Positions 10,408 to 22,394 of a DNA stretch of 64,000 bases are shown here, piece after piece. The translations under genes and the position numbers were made by a program. The stretch is from NCBI GenBank assembly GCA_030704615.1, contig CM060734.1, positions 18,414,001 through 18,478,000 on the forward strand, given 5' to 3'. Under the pieces are notes generated by a model, which saw only the letters and a program-made list of their open reading frames with translations, made no database searches and was not told where the DNA came from. Position 1 is the stretch's first letter. Every line of letters begins with the position of its first letter. Origin of the DNA: Takakia lepidozioides. Lineage: Eukaryota; Plantae; Bryophyta.

Positions 10408-13400
10408 CTACCCATGTGTTGTATCCCGCTACAATAGAGTATCGACCTCGTTGAAACTCATAGTGGCCTGGTGAATGAAGTTGTCACGTTTGGGATCGCA
10501 AACCATCATCTTCAAAAATATGAAATACAAATGTTTGCAGGGTATGAATTTACCTCTCTTGCCCAAACTGGTTGATAGCATATTCACAAAATCAGGACAT
10601 GTGCAATTGGGGAAATTGGAAACCGTGATGTCGTAGGTCCTGTCATGAACAACATATGTGGAAGTGATGATTGTGAATACCATATCCTGGATCGGGTACT
10701 TCCATGGTGCTTCCAACACGAACTTGGAGCATTCTTGCGGACTCCACTTTGCCAAAGTGTTCAGCGGTTGGAGGGAAACGCCGAACGAGCTTTCCATCTC
10801 GTTTGGTTGGCCACAAGTCAGGATTTGCCGGGGGGACCCGGAAGGACGCAGAAGTAGTAGCACATGCATGGAGTTGGGGTTGTCTCGCAAGGGAAAAGCC
10901 TGCCTCCTCCAGCATTTCAATCTCCTGAAATCTGAGATGTGTTCTCACCTTCACGGGCCAAACGGTTGGAGGAGATGGCTTCATCACTACGGAAGGACGC
11001 ACAGTTCCATGCACACATCTGGCACAATCATCTGCGCAGAACCAGAACTTGTGGTTCTTGGCTTCTGGTTGACCGTATGGACGCATCAAACCCGTGAAAG
11101 TCGGAGCAGGAGTTCGGGCACCACCTCTGGATATAGATGAAGTGCACTTCTCAAAATTAGTTGCCCTGATCGCTGTACATTTCACACGAGACCCTACACT
11201 TGTACGTTCTATGTACCAAATGTGGTCGGGGCATGCGGACTCAAGCACATCAAGGGGGTTGTTTCTCTCCTGCACCATTTCAGTGGCACTGTTTGATGCT
11301 GGAGCTTGCCGTCGTGTTGGAGGTTCCTCCACAATGGAGATTCCGGACATGGAGCTGTCATGCAGGGGAACACGAGGCTTCGAGAAGTTATCACGGTCTG
11401 CCCTGTGCGAATCGGAATCCGAACCAGGTGGAGTGTTCAATTTCCTCTTACAGGAGCCGAATCTCTCATCCCCTTCAAGATGTGGAACTCTAGAAACAAG
11501 TGGCGTTCCCTGGGCATACATGCTCACCGCCCGTGCTATCTTGATTGGATCCCCAGATCTGTTTGCAGCACGCAACATCAACTCCCATTTGTCCGGACCC
11601 TTGCCACCAACCCCACCTCGCAAGAAATCACGGTATCGGGTTTGTTGTTGCAAGGCACGTATCAAATCATCTGTTGTTGCCACATACAAATCCCGACCTC
11701 GTTTCCCAGACTGCTGCAACCATGCGTTGTGCACAGGAAAACAACATAAAGAAAGCAAGGAGACAATAAAATGGAAAGTAAATGTATGAATAAAGCAAGA
11801 AATATAAACCTCGTACCACTGCCATGGTTGCTCCCCACTGTCTATACCGGAAGTGCCAAAACGCCAGCCAATCTTCCAATGCTCTCATACTCTCAAGTGA
11901 TGCAGCTCCAGAAGAGAACCACCAGGCACGAATTGTCTGGAACAAAGGGTCTGCCTCCTTCATTGTTCTAGCATCTTTGTACTCTTTGCACAATTTACGG
12001 TGCTGAGTCTGCATCTCTGGTTTGATGTCCGACTTTGTATGTTTTTCCTGAGATTGTGTCCAATGGAATAGACATGTACGCTCTCTTCATCGCATTGGCA
12101 CTTTTGGGTCACCCGATCCGAAGACAATACGAACAGCATTGAAATTTGCTTGAGCACTATCCGCCATGAAACCTGTGAAATTTGGAGATGGCAGCCCATG
12201 GCAGCCCATGACACGTATCAGGGAATTCCACATGAGCTTCTGGGATTCGTATCCTCGGATTGCATGTCACAAATTGCAATTGTCATAACTCGTTGGTACA
12301 CTGGATCGTAGACATGACAAGCCATTGTCGTCCAATCCTTCACTCGTTTCACATGATCAAACATAAGAAAACAGTTCTGCAAGTCCCCAGTCTTCTGCAT
12401 CCGCTTCACGAGGCTAACCCCACTGCCCTCCCCAACAGTCGACATTTTGAATGGCACCTTGACCTGGGAATACATTGTCCTGGATGTAATCGTACTTGCT
12501 CACTCGTTTCAACTCCAAAATGTTGTCTATGTAGCCTCTGATACCAGAGCCCATTCTTAATGCATTGATCTGATGCCGGTGAACTCAAAGTGGAGAAATG
12601 ATCCATGACCAGGTCCAATGCTGCACCGTCAAGTTTAGTCCCCACAGAATCCCCTTCACTCAAAATATGGCTTTCCAAGAAGGACTTGCTTGCGCCAAGA
12701 GCAATTGCAGATGTTGTTGCGGATGGGTTTCTCCCGAACTCCTGTTTAATCAACCTCGATACTGTCTCAACACTCTCCCTGTAATCCCCCTTCGAGACAG
12801 GATGGTTATGGAATCCGAAATGCACACAAGCTCTTGTCATTGTTTTCAAACGGTGGACAACATAGTACATTCTTGCTCCGCAGAGCGCCAAGCAGGATGA
12901 CACAAGTTTGCAGAATTTGCAGACGAAAGTGTTTGCCGGTGGTGGGGCAGTCCCAGGCTGAAATGGATTTTCCGCCAGACCCTCCCATTCGCTTTGATTA
13001 TGAACCCCAGACTGAAGAAAGAAAGTGTCTACAATTCAAATTATCACACCTAAGGTGTCCATTGCAAACTGTTCTCCTGAAAACAAGCTTGTCATCATTC
13101 TGAATATTGGATGTTTTTGTTCTGCACCACGGGTGCCCGTCGTGTTTCTTGTCCATTCCATGCATCATGATTGTTACACCTCCAACTCGCGGAGGAGGAG
13201 GCAGCTCGAATAGGATATCGCCATCAAAAGTCTCTGGCAAGAACTTCACAGGCACCTGCTTCAAAGATTCCCAATCAATTCCTCGCAACTCACTTTTGAA
13301 TCCAGCCATTCCTCCCATCGCCCGTAGTTTTGGAATGACACTACAAATCTCTTCTTCATCAGCTTCTCCAACCACAGTAGGAAGGACTGGATTTGGAATT

Positions 13401-14100
13401 TCACTTATGTCATCATCGGACGAATCCGAAAGCTCAACGATTGGAGTGGAGGACGTCTGTTCTTTTTTCACCACCACCTCCCTCTTGTCTTCAACGACCG
13501 AAGCAGCAGTCCGGGCGTCACATATGACCCAGGGACTTTCGCCGAGGCTCTCCAAGTACTCTGTATCGACCAGGGCGCACTCTCCACTGGCTGACATGAG
13601 CCGTCTCATCACGGTTTTGGAAAGAGTATTTCAACAACTTCCCTTTCAAATCGTACACCTCTTTCTCCAAAAAGATGGAGCCATTCTGAAGCTGAAACGG
13701 GTAGCCAAGACATGTTCCAGAACAATTGCAAATCCATTGTCAAGGACTTCCTGGGAGAACGGCACTGGTTTGTCGTCAGAGAAGAACTCCGCTTCAGAGG
13801 AAGCCATCTTCCTTCCTCGCGTACGTTGATACCTTGCTATCGCAGACCTTCAGTGTAAATCGGTTTACTGATGTCTCCAGAACACAGTTGAAGAATGAGC
13901 AGAGAATATGGCGGAGGAAGCTCAGACGACGACTGTGCATATTCTGTTATTCCTTCCAGATATGCAGCCGTCCATTTTAATTACTTTTCTTGTGGGCCCA
14001 GTGGTCAGAGTATCCCTAGGAGCAATGTCGGCAGCTGTTAAACCGTTAATCAGAACCTCATCAATAAACACAATAACAAGCCGACTTCCTGGAAGCATGC
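10408..14100 (-). pseudogene. MULE-type transposase: GCM/WRKY-like Zn DNA-binding region, DDE core, C-terminal SWIM finger; disrupted by frameshifts and stops
   Basis: DGHPWCRTKTS..CNGHLRCDNLNC..CGAR..HFGFHNHP; FLMFDHVKRV; FMADSAQAN; RTCLFHW (CxxH); YDITV..CTCPDF..CKHLYFIF (SWIM). Start position approximate. Confidence 0.85.
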
Positions 14101-14660
14101 CACAAGATCTGAGGGTGGGATTGCAGATTAAGTAAATGTATCTTTATACTACTACCAATGATCATGCGCACCTGGAAGTTCAAAATGTGAAACGAACGTG
14201 GGGTTGGCTAACAAGGATGACCGTGTATGATATCCCAAAATTTGTCATCAAACTCTCGTTCATTTTTTATATTTGTCTAAGACTGTGCGCCAAGATTTCT
14301 GGGATTCGCTGTTATTTTTAAATATTGAAACCGATTCTAATAAAGAACACGCCGTTTATTTTGGGCGACACACGTCAGACATCGATAACTGAATACGAAC
14401 AGCTGTACACTAATTGCTGGCATGTGCACTAATAAGGGAACGACTATGTGTAACGGTCACGCGAGAGGGAATCCGATGCTTCTAGAGACAAGCAACAACG
14501 CACGCAATCCCGCAAGAAATCGGGAGTCACTTCGTTTTTCTACTTTTCGCGCTTAGAGGGAGAGTGGTAGTCAAGCTGGAGAGGGTTCCTTCTACAATAC
14601 GAAAGAGAAGAAAGTCTCTTTATTTTACTTCTTAGAGAGAGACGCAGAGCAAGAGAGCAA
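14100..14660. promoter_or_regulatory. Probable bidirectional promoter region of element A
   Basis: About 560-bp non-coding gap between the head-to-head transposase and cargo gene; positional inference only. Confidence 0.4.
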
Positions 14661-15035
14661 ATGACGAGGCGTCGTTTGTTGGAGAACACAGGGCCAAGGC
14701 AGCAGGTGAATGCGGAGACTGATTCACAAGAGCAGACCGAGACTGAGGCAGCGGCTGTGACACAGTCGGCGATAACAGTGCGCGTTGGAAACCAGCCTGT
14801 GGATGCAGAGATGACTCGCAGGGAAACTGAAGGAGGTGGAAGTACGAGGAACGCTGAACCGGGAGAAGGTCCAGAAACCCTAGAGCAGACAGAAATTCCA
14901 GCAGATGTGAGAGGGAAGAGGAAAGCTGCAGAAGGGGATCCAATTTCAAAACCTAAGAAGGCGCCAGTAAGTTTTCTCTAACTTACATTTCATTGTTGAA
15001 GATCTGCGTAGAGATTGAGTGGAATGTCCCAGAAA

Positions 15036-15798
15036 GGGATTGTCGCTACCGACCATCACCATGAAACAACGGTGATTTGCTTTCTACTCCTCTGTTAAGG
15101 GTTTACCGCACAATGAGTGGGTGACTGACGGTACCGTCATTCACTGTTGTTCAGATCATACAGTCTGTCTGATTGCCTTTCAAGCAGTCCTTCCTCTTCC
15201 CTTCTTTAGCAGGAACATGTGATTGAAGTCTACTGAATTGCGAGCGTCGTTAACGCCATTCGATTCTCCTCATGAGATTTATGTACCTATGTGTTTGAAG
15301 AGAGAGTGAGGGTCGGCATATTCAGTCATAATGTATTGCAATGCATTTTCTTTGTTTGAGGTTGAACAGATAGAGAAGTGGAAAGGTGGTATCGCCAATC
15401 AAAGATTTGAAGACCATACTGTAGATTCAGGTAGAGTATCGATTGGAAAGTACTCTCGACATAGACAAGAAACAGTGAATGCTTGCGACGTTCATCACAA
15501 TGGAGTCAATCTGAATAATCTGCACTTACTGTCCGCCCTAAAACTATGTGTTGCCGCCAATCACTTACACATATATGTCATTGCACAACACCGATCGGCA
15601 GGTCCTTGTCTTTTGTGATTGTCGTTAACGCCGTTCGCTCTTGCTCAAAACCTTTCTGTTCCTGTGTCCCTAGAATCATAGTGTTTTGTTTTGAATTCGG
15701 CAGGATCAGCTTTGCTTGTGTAGATGGTTCTGAATTTGTTTCACACCATTCATTGTGAGTTTCGTCGAGACAGAGTGATGGTCGTTACCGCCGTTCAC
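15036..15798. repeat. Dispersed degenerate 24-bp palindromes (GTGAnnGnCGnnnnCGnCnnTCAC) in the first intron of the cargo gene
   Basis: Copies at about 15036, 15121, 15240, 15475, 15615 and 15775. Confidence 0.55.
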
Positions 15799-17666
15799 TA
15801 TTTGCACATTACTCAGTCAGATTTGAATGGCATCGTGCAGAAAACTGTGAGGTCCAAGCCTACAGGATCAGAGGGGAAAGGATCTGGAGATGGGGACGAG
15901 TCTGGAAAAAGCTCAGAGAATAACGATGAAGCAGATGAATCTGAAGTGCACTACCTTGACAAGGTGAAAGAACTCATGTCATTCCAGAAGGTAAACTCTC
16001 AGGAGGTTATAAGGGACATGCTCGTATCTGGAGGGCGTCTGGACATCCCTCTGTGCCGGATGATATCTATGTCATTGTGCGTCCACCTCTTTCCCATGAC
16101 ATAACAAAATTGGAGAGTGATTTCGTGCATGGATACAGACTTGGTGCACAAGTTTTTTATGTGTCACTGACGGATATAAATGGGAAAAACACATTAGTGT
16201 CTCCAGAGATCAGTGATACCTGGGATGAGTGCTGGAAAGATGCTAATGAGGAGTTCGAGCTGGGCCTCATGATGGGAAAGAACACCCAGCAATTCTGCAA
16301 CCACATGTTCTACGTCTGGGACGGCAACCACCGATTGCTGGCATGGATGGGATACATCAGAAACACCATGCGAAAGACAAAGACAAGCATGTTGCTGTGG
16401 AGGCAATGGTTTTGGATCCAGGAAACGACATCGCTAGGCTTCTTACAGCTATGCACGACGTGAACAAGTAAGTCATCCTAGAGACTTCATTCCCTCTGTA
16501 GTGTCTTGTTAATCCCAAAAAAACAGTGTTAAGGAATGCAATGTTTCCAATGTTTTTGCAGATCGACAGAGAAATCGCATGTGACAACAAGCTTGGTCCA
16601 CACACTATTCCGAATTCAGAGGATTGGTCTGATGAAGTTGGATGATTTTCGGACAGTACTCCCCCCCAATATAATCAAGAAGTGCGAAACAAGAAGAGCT
16701 GCAGGCACTTGGTATTCTTTGACTCGAGAGGCGTTTCTGGAGTACATGTATGCGGTAAGCCCGAGTCTGTACTCAGTTTACTTTTCGAATACATGTTTGT
16801 AGTCCTTCGGTGCTAATCACTATTTGAATCAATGCAGCAAGAACTGGCAGAGGCAGCTGAGAAGGGAAAATCCGAATATTACCGCACTACACCAGAGGAA
16901 CTAAGGACATCAAGGGTGTGGAAGCAGCAATAAAAAAGGAGTTTGAAATGCGAAGAACCAAATTGATGTCCGCCTTCGGAAAGCAGCTTAGAATAGTAGA
17001 TCCTGGACTTGGTTCTGAGTTCCTTCAGCAGATCAAATCTCACTATGACAAGCATGTGCATCCGGAGATGCAGCAGCAGGAAAAATTGCACCGGCTGGCC
17101 ATATCCATGGTCGACCCACAAACAAAAATAAGGTGGCGTGGATGGAGATATGGAACTCAGATCAGACAGTAAAGGACTTGAATCAGTTCCCAAAGAGCAC
17201 CATACAGCCTGGCACAAAGGTGGAAGGAATCAGTGATTTGGTGTTTGATAACTGGCTCCACAAGGCTACATTTTGGAGTCAGGGTGTGTATTCAAATAAG
17301 CCGTTTTCTTTTCTTCAATTATGTGATGAGTATCTTATTTGCAATACTGACAAATATACAATTTGCAGCTCGAAAAGCGCGCCGTCATTGTGCTGGATCA
17401 GACTTTGAAGGACTTGAACATTTCGATTGTTTCCCCTCCCCAAATGTCATTGGAGGCATACATAAGGAAGTGGAGAGGTCTCACCTGGAGATACTGTTTT
17501 TTCCGGGAGTTCTCCAAAGATGGTAACATTTTACGGTCCAACGACTTTGACAGTCAGGTTGGAGGAGAGTGGGCCATGATGCGAGTTGTGTACAGGTGCA
17601 ATATCATACTGGAAACTCTACTGCACTTTTTGGGAAATAATTTGGCTTCATAAGGATTGTAATCAT

Positions 17667-18450
17667 AGATCCAAATTGAATGTCGTTGACGACATTCACT
17701 TCTTTGTCTGAGTCATTCTTAAGCGAGAATTTGAATTCACCTGGATTAGGAGCTTAGGGTGTAATTATAGTGTCCCTGATTAGAATTGATAATGTCCCTG
17801 AATGGCGTTGACGACATTCACATCCAAGTTGTTAAGAGGTCCTCAGAGTTATGTAAGTTTTTGTAATGTCCATAGAGTTTACAGTGAGGGTTCCTCACTT
17901 CAGTTTGCTGAATGTCAATGCAGACATTCAGTTGTTCTGCATGCTTTTGCCTCTTGCGAGAAATCTTGAGGCTTGATTAGCTGTGTTATCAGAGATCCAA
18001 AGTGAATGTCGTTGACGACATTCACTTCTATGTCTGTGTCATTCACCAGCGACAATTTGAATTTACATGGATTAGGAGCTTAGGGTGTATTAATTGGTTC
18101 CTTGTTCGGAATTTTGTGAATGGCGTTGACGCCATTCACATCCAGTGTTATTATGAGGTCCTCAGTGTTATGTTCGTTATGAATGTCCATTGAGTTTTTA
18201 GGGAGGGTTCCTTACTGAGTTCGAATGTCGTTGCCGACATTCAGTTTCCATCCAATGATTTTGCCTCTTTTGAGAAATCATTAGGCTTGATTAGCAGTGT
18301 ATTCACAAATCCAAAGTGAATGTCGTTGACGACATTCACTTCTATGTCTGTGTCATTCCAAAGCGAGAGTTTGCATTCACGTGGATTAGGGTGTATTTAC
18401 AGTATCATTGAATGGAATTTTTGAATGGCGTTGACGACATTCACATCCGG
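17667..18450. repeat. Intronic tandem repeat (about 315-325-bp unit x 2.5) with 8 copies of palindrome TGAATGTCGT-TG-ACGACATTCA
   Basis: Copies at 17677, 17799, 17909, 18003, 18117, 18222, 18317 and 18422. Confidence 0.88.
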
Positions 18451-20919
18451 AGCTGTCGCGTGGTCCTGAAAGGTCCTTGGAGCAGTTCTCAGAGCCATTT
18501 CATTCCATGTTTTTTCATTTGTGCTACTTGCATCTTACTCACTTCGCGCTTTGGTAGGTTGGGATTTATATCCTGTTTAACAGGTACACGAAATATGTGC
18601 TTATGGAAGGAAATCACCTGAGCGGTATTCCAGACTATCTTGACATGTGGTCGGACCCTGCAAACGATCCAACCATGTATACTGCAGGGATATTGAAGGA
18701 CTGGAGTCCTTCTCACTTCAGAGACTGTGGCTGGTACCTTGACTGCCCACCGGAGCACACGACCTTTCAAGAACAACACATGAAATATTTGAACAATAAT
18801 GCTGAGATGCTGGCGCCTCTGACTGACGAAGAGTACCAAAGAAAACATAGCAACATTGGCTGCCAAGGAGCCTGATGCTCAGGGAACGCCGCAGAAGGGA
18901 AAGAAGGCGGGCCGCAAACCAAAAGACAAGGCTCTTGATGTCATAGCCATCTCACCAGCAAAGCCAAAGGACAAAGACAAGTCCAAAGAGAAGGAAAAGG
19001 ACAAGGGAAGGAGAAAGAAAAGGAGATGGAGAGTGGGCAGGACTTCACTGCTGGAAGATATACCCGCACAGTTCAGTGCGTGTTCGATGCCAAGCCACAC
19101 CCTTCCCGTTCTGATTCGGCAGGAGAGATTAAAATTGTCAATGAGGGTTGGCTGGCGATGATGCAGAGTCGAAAGAGAGGATACACTGGGGGTGCCTTCG
19201 CCTACCTGGGACAACATAATCTCATTCCTCAATCTGGTGAGAATTCCAGTTTCTTTCCTTTTTCTCTGAAAGTTTCATTGGCAGTATTTCAGTCTGGTTC
19301 TTTGAAAACATTCTTGCCATCGTTCTTAAAATAAACATGTCTGTTGCAGGTGAGCACAGGTCCCACCTTCGTGTGCGGTGTGCAAAAAACATATGCGGCT
19401 GACATTGTCATTCTCGACATCTCGGATGGCCAGGCTGTGCCAGAAGTTCTTCCAAAGGGCAAGACGCCAGGCTGGAACAAATCGAGGACAACTACTGGAG
19501 TTGGGTGTTCGGGTTCTGTAATAATTTCCTCTCTGATGCAGGGACACTTCTGTTTTTTCAGTCATGTGACAAAGATAGTCGTCGGGCATTGGCATCATAC
19601 CTGAAGTCTTCAGGGTTTGAAGTTTTGCGCACATGGAATTGTATAAACAGCCTCTACCTTGTGAAAGGGGGTTCCCTGGTCAGCTGGTATGCCGTCTCCC
19701 TTCTGCTTGTGCTTTCATGATGAGTTTCAATGTTCTCTGCAGCTCCACTCTAGAAGAATCTGTCATGATCGACACCGATCATCACCGATTCGTATAAAAA
19801 TGATTGTTTTATGCCTGAGTTCTGAATAGCCGATGTACACACTTCCACTATAGATTGTGTTTACCACACTAACATGCTATCTTTGGCAGACGAGGATGTT
19901 CGAGGCGATCTGCCTGCGGAGGATTCGCACCTCAAAGACACCATCCTCCATCTGCAGCTTTGAGATTTCTGACTAGGGTTGTTTCGTCAACCCCCCCTAT
20001 GAGCTGCATGTCGATGACATTTTGTACAACTTCATGCAGTCCAGTCAGACTCTGAAGAGACCAGATGGCACTCCCTGGAGAGGTGCAAAGGAAAAATCCC
20101 CAGCGTTCATGCAAATACTGCTGGAGTCATGCAGCCACCACTCTGCACGGGTGGTCGATCTTTCTGTGTCCACAAGTTCGTTCTCTCCTTTCCGAATTGA
20201 TTTTCTCTCACCAGTTCCATCTGCTTAAATCCCCCCCACCAAATTGTTCATGTCCTCCTGTCTGAAGCAGGAGCAACTTACCATGCATGCAAGGCAGGCG
20301 GAAGAAGCCTTTTTGGCATGGAGGGTGATTCTGACCTCTACAACACAGTGCTCCTCCCCCTTTTGTCTGGCTCCACTTCAGGCACACAGACTGATCGGAT
20401 TCAAATTCGAAATGATGACGATCCCGAAGATAAGCAGGTCGACAACGACTTTTCATGTGAGTAAGTGCTAAACCCACTTTGGGAGTCATACTCAATTTCT
20501 CAATAACATCAAAGTTACAGTAATAATTTTTTCAGGCTGTCTTTCAGGAAAGGCAGCGGTGGATCTTCAGGAGATACAGTCATTTGTGGCGAGTCTGTTT
20601 TCGACAGCCCCCTTTCCAATTTTCTGCTTCTGATTATGCCGAAGCAATGGCACTTCACGCGGCCGAGTCCTATCCCCTGAATTTTTACTGCCCGGCCGTA
20701 GGTGTAGCCAGCGTAGATCCGGAGTTCTTAAATACTTAGACTTAGATGCAAAGGAAGCGGGGATACATTGTACTGACTCTGAGTCAGACTGACTATGTTC
20801 TTTTAATATTATGTTTCATCCTCTTTGGAAAACGTTGAATCCCCTTCCTCCACCGTAGTTGTTCCTTTGGAAAGAAAAATAATCAAAGAATCAACTACCA
20901 TTTAAATAACAATATGTAT

Positions 20920-21280
20920 GAATCCATCTCACAAACCTCCCTCATTCTTGTCATATCCATTGTGCTTTCATCTACAGTGTATTCATGCGTGCTCCATTCA
21001 TGAATGTTTTCCTTTGTTCAACATCCATTATACATTCATCCTCTGTACTCTTTAATCCACCCCACAAACCTACCACACTCATGTCATGTACGTTGTGTAT
21101 TCGTCTAAAGTTTTAGTCATGCATCTTCCTGTCATGAATGTTTTTCATTGCTCAACATCCATTATACATTCATCCATTTGACTTTTATCCATCTCTCATT
21201 CATCCATCTACATTCATTTTTCACACTCATCCATCTGTTTATCATCCAACTGTACATTCATCTATCCTTTATTCATCTGT
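20920..21280. repeat. About 135-bp direct repeat x2 and CATT/CATC-rich low-complexity tract near the right end of element A
   Basis: CATGAATGTTTT..TCAACATCCATTATACATTCATCC occurs twice. Confidence 0.65.
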
Positions 21281-21508
21281 TGCTTTCAGGTGGGAATGAC
21301 CACTGCCTTTTATTATGTCGTCCAGCTTGTTTCCGCGGTAAAGGGTGCCAATCCGCGGGAATACACTCCACTTCTTCCTGGGCGCGTGGTGACGCGGTCT
21401 TCAAGTGTGATGATGTGGAGTGAGCCCCACGATGTGGCATTGGTGCAAGGTGACGTGGCGTGAGCGCAGTTGCGCTCACGTGACCAGGCTCACGCCGAGG
21501 CATCCCTG

Positions 21509-22169
21509 CCCTGCAATGCAAGCGTCGCACTCCACGACACCACATCTCGTCCAGCCATAGTGTCAAAAACTCCCTTTGCATCCTCAATGCATCCACATTT
21601 AGCATACATGTCCCGGTCAGGGCGTGTTTGGAATGACATCTGGTGTAATTTCAGTTTGACCGATGTCACCATGGACCTCTTTATCCTTTTCCATGCTTGC
21701 ACACGCATTGCAAACACAAACAAACGTGATGTGGTTGGGCTTCACCCCTTCGCGCATCATTTGCTCACAGGTCTCCAAAGGATTTGTACCACGCCCATGC
21801 TTGGTAATCCTGCCAACATTATATTCCACGTGATCAAAGATCATTGAGGATTTTGTGTTGAACATCATCCATGATGCTCCCCTTAACATACATGTTGACA
21901 AGGGTGTTGAGTAGAAAAACGTTCGGCGTGAATCCACTTTGGACAATGTGAGTGTGCACCTGCTTTCCAGCTTCCAGGCCTTTCATCTTGATGCATTTAT
22001 GCAAGAGACACACATATGTATCTACATCTGCTGAAATGCCTCCTTGGTGTAAAGTCTGTAGAGCCTCTTTCAGTCTGCCTACCTCATAAAACATCTTCAC
22101 ATGCCCATAAGTGCCAAAAGAGGCATTGTGGACTCCCTCTCTTGATCCTCTTCCAGAAGCTGTGGTCAT
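21509..22169 (-). pseudogene. PLS-class PPR pseudogene, 5' half
   Basis: GRLKEALQTL..DTYVCLLHKC..GKQVHTHIVQSGFTPNVFLLNTLVNMYVK ... MYAKCGCIEDAKGVFDTMAGRDVVSWSA; frameshifted. Confidence 0.88.
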
Positions 22170-22394
22170 GGTTGAGGTGCCTCATTTTATCAACTGTGCC
22201 GCTACAGCAGCCGCTTCCAGCTGACCATCTACCCATGGAGGTTTCTTGTAGCTATCCTTCCATAGGGAACCATAGGTAATCTGGAGCTTGAAATCCGGCC
22301 CTCTTGGATGAATATGGACCCACACTCTATCATGCTCCTTCAGCTATCACTGCCTCTGCACAAAATCATGCATACATCCTTGCCTTGCTGCCAA

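Larger units (their letters stand above)
14661..20792 (+). pseudogene. Multi-exon cargo gene: ParB/Sulfiredoxin-like domain, unknown middle region, beta-class N4C/N6A DNA methyltransferase-like C-terminal domain
   Basis: FYVWDGNHRLLAW (ParB/Srx DGxHR at 16320-16334). Then YAADIVILDISDG..PGWN..FLSDAGTLLFF, then KEKSPAFMQILLESCSHHSARVVDLSVST|xATYHACKAGGRSLFGMEGDSDLY, matching motifs X-I-II at the C-terminus of N6_N4_Mtase proteins. GT-AG introns; several frameshifts and a TAG at 19974. Confidence 0.75.
9761..21508. mobile_element. Element A: 11.7-kb Mutator/MULE-like DNA transposon with two divergent genes
   Basis: Imperfect TIRs CAACGACGCAATGGCGTGAGC / CAGGGATGCCTCGGCGTGAGC (15/21). 9-bp TSD CCCTGCAAG (9752-9760); the right copy at 21509 has an extra TGCAA duplication. 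Removal restores PPR VVSWSATLAGYAQQG. Encodes a DDE/SWIM transposase. Confidence 0.9.

Noticed and set aside
11094-13829. Long plus-strand ORFs (11094-11789, 13107-13829)
   Set aside because: They are antisense shadows of the transposase with no recognisable motifs.
17667-18450. CRISPR-like look of regularly spaced palindromes
   Set aside because: Spacers are 70-100 bp and repeat with a three-unit period, there are no cas genes, and the context is a eukaryotic intron.
9761-21508. hAT classification from CAGGG-like termini
   Set aside because: TSDs are 9 bp, and the transposase has MULE DDE/CxxH and SWIM motifs with no hAT dimerisation domain.
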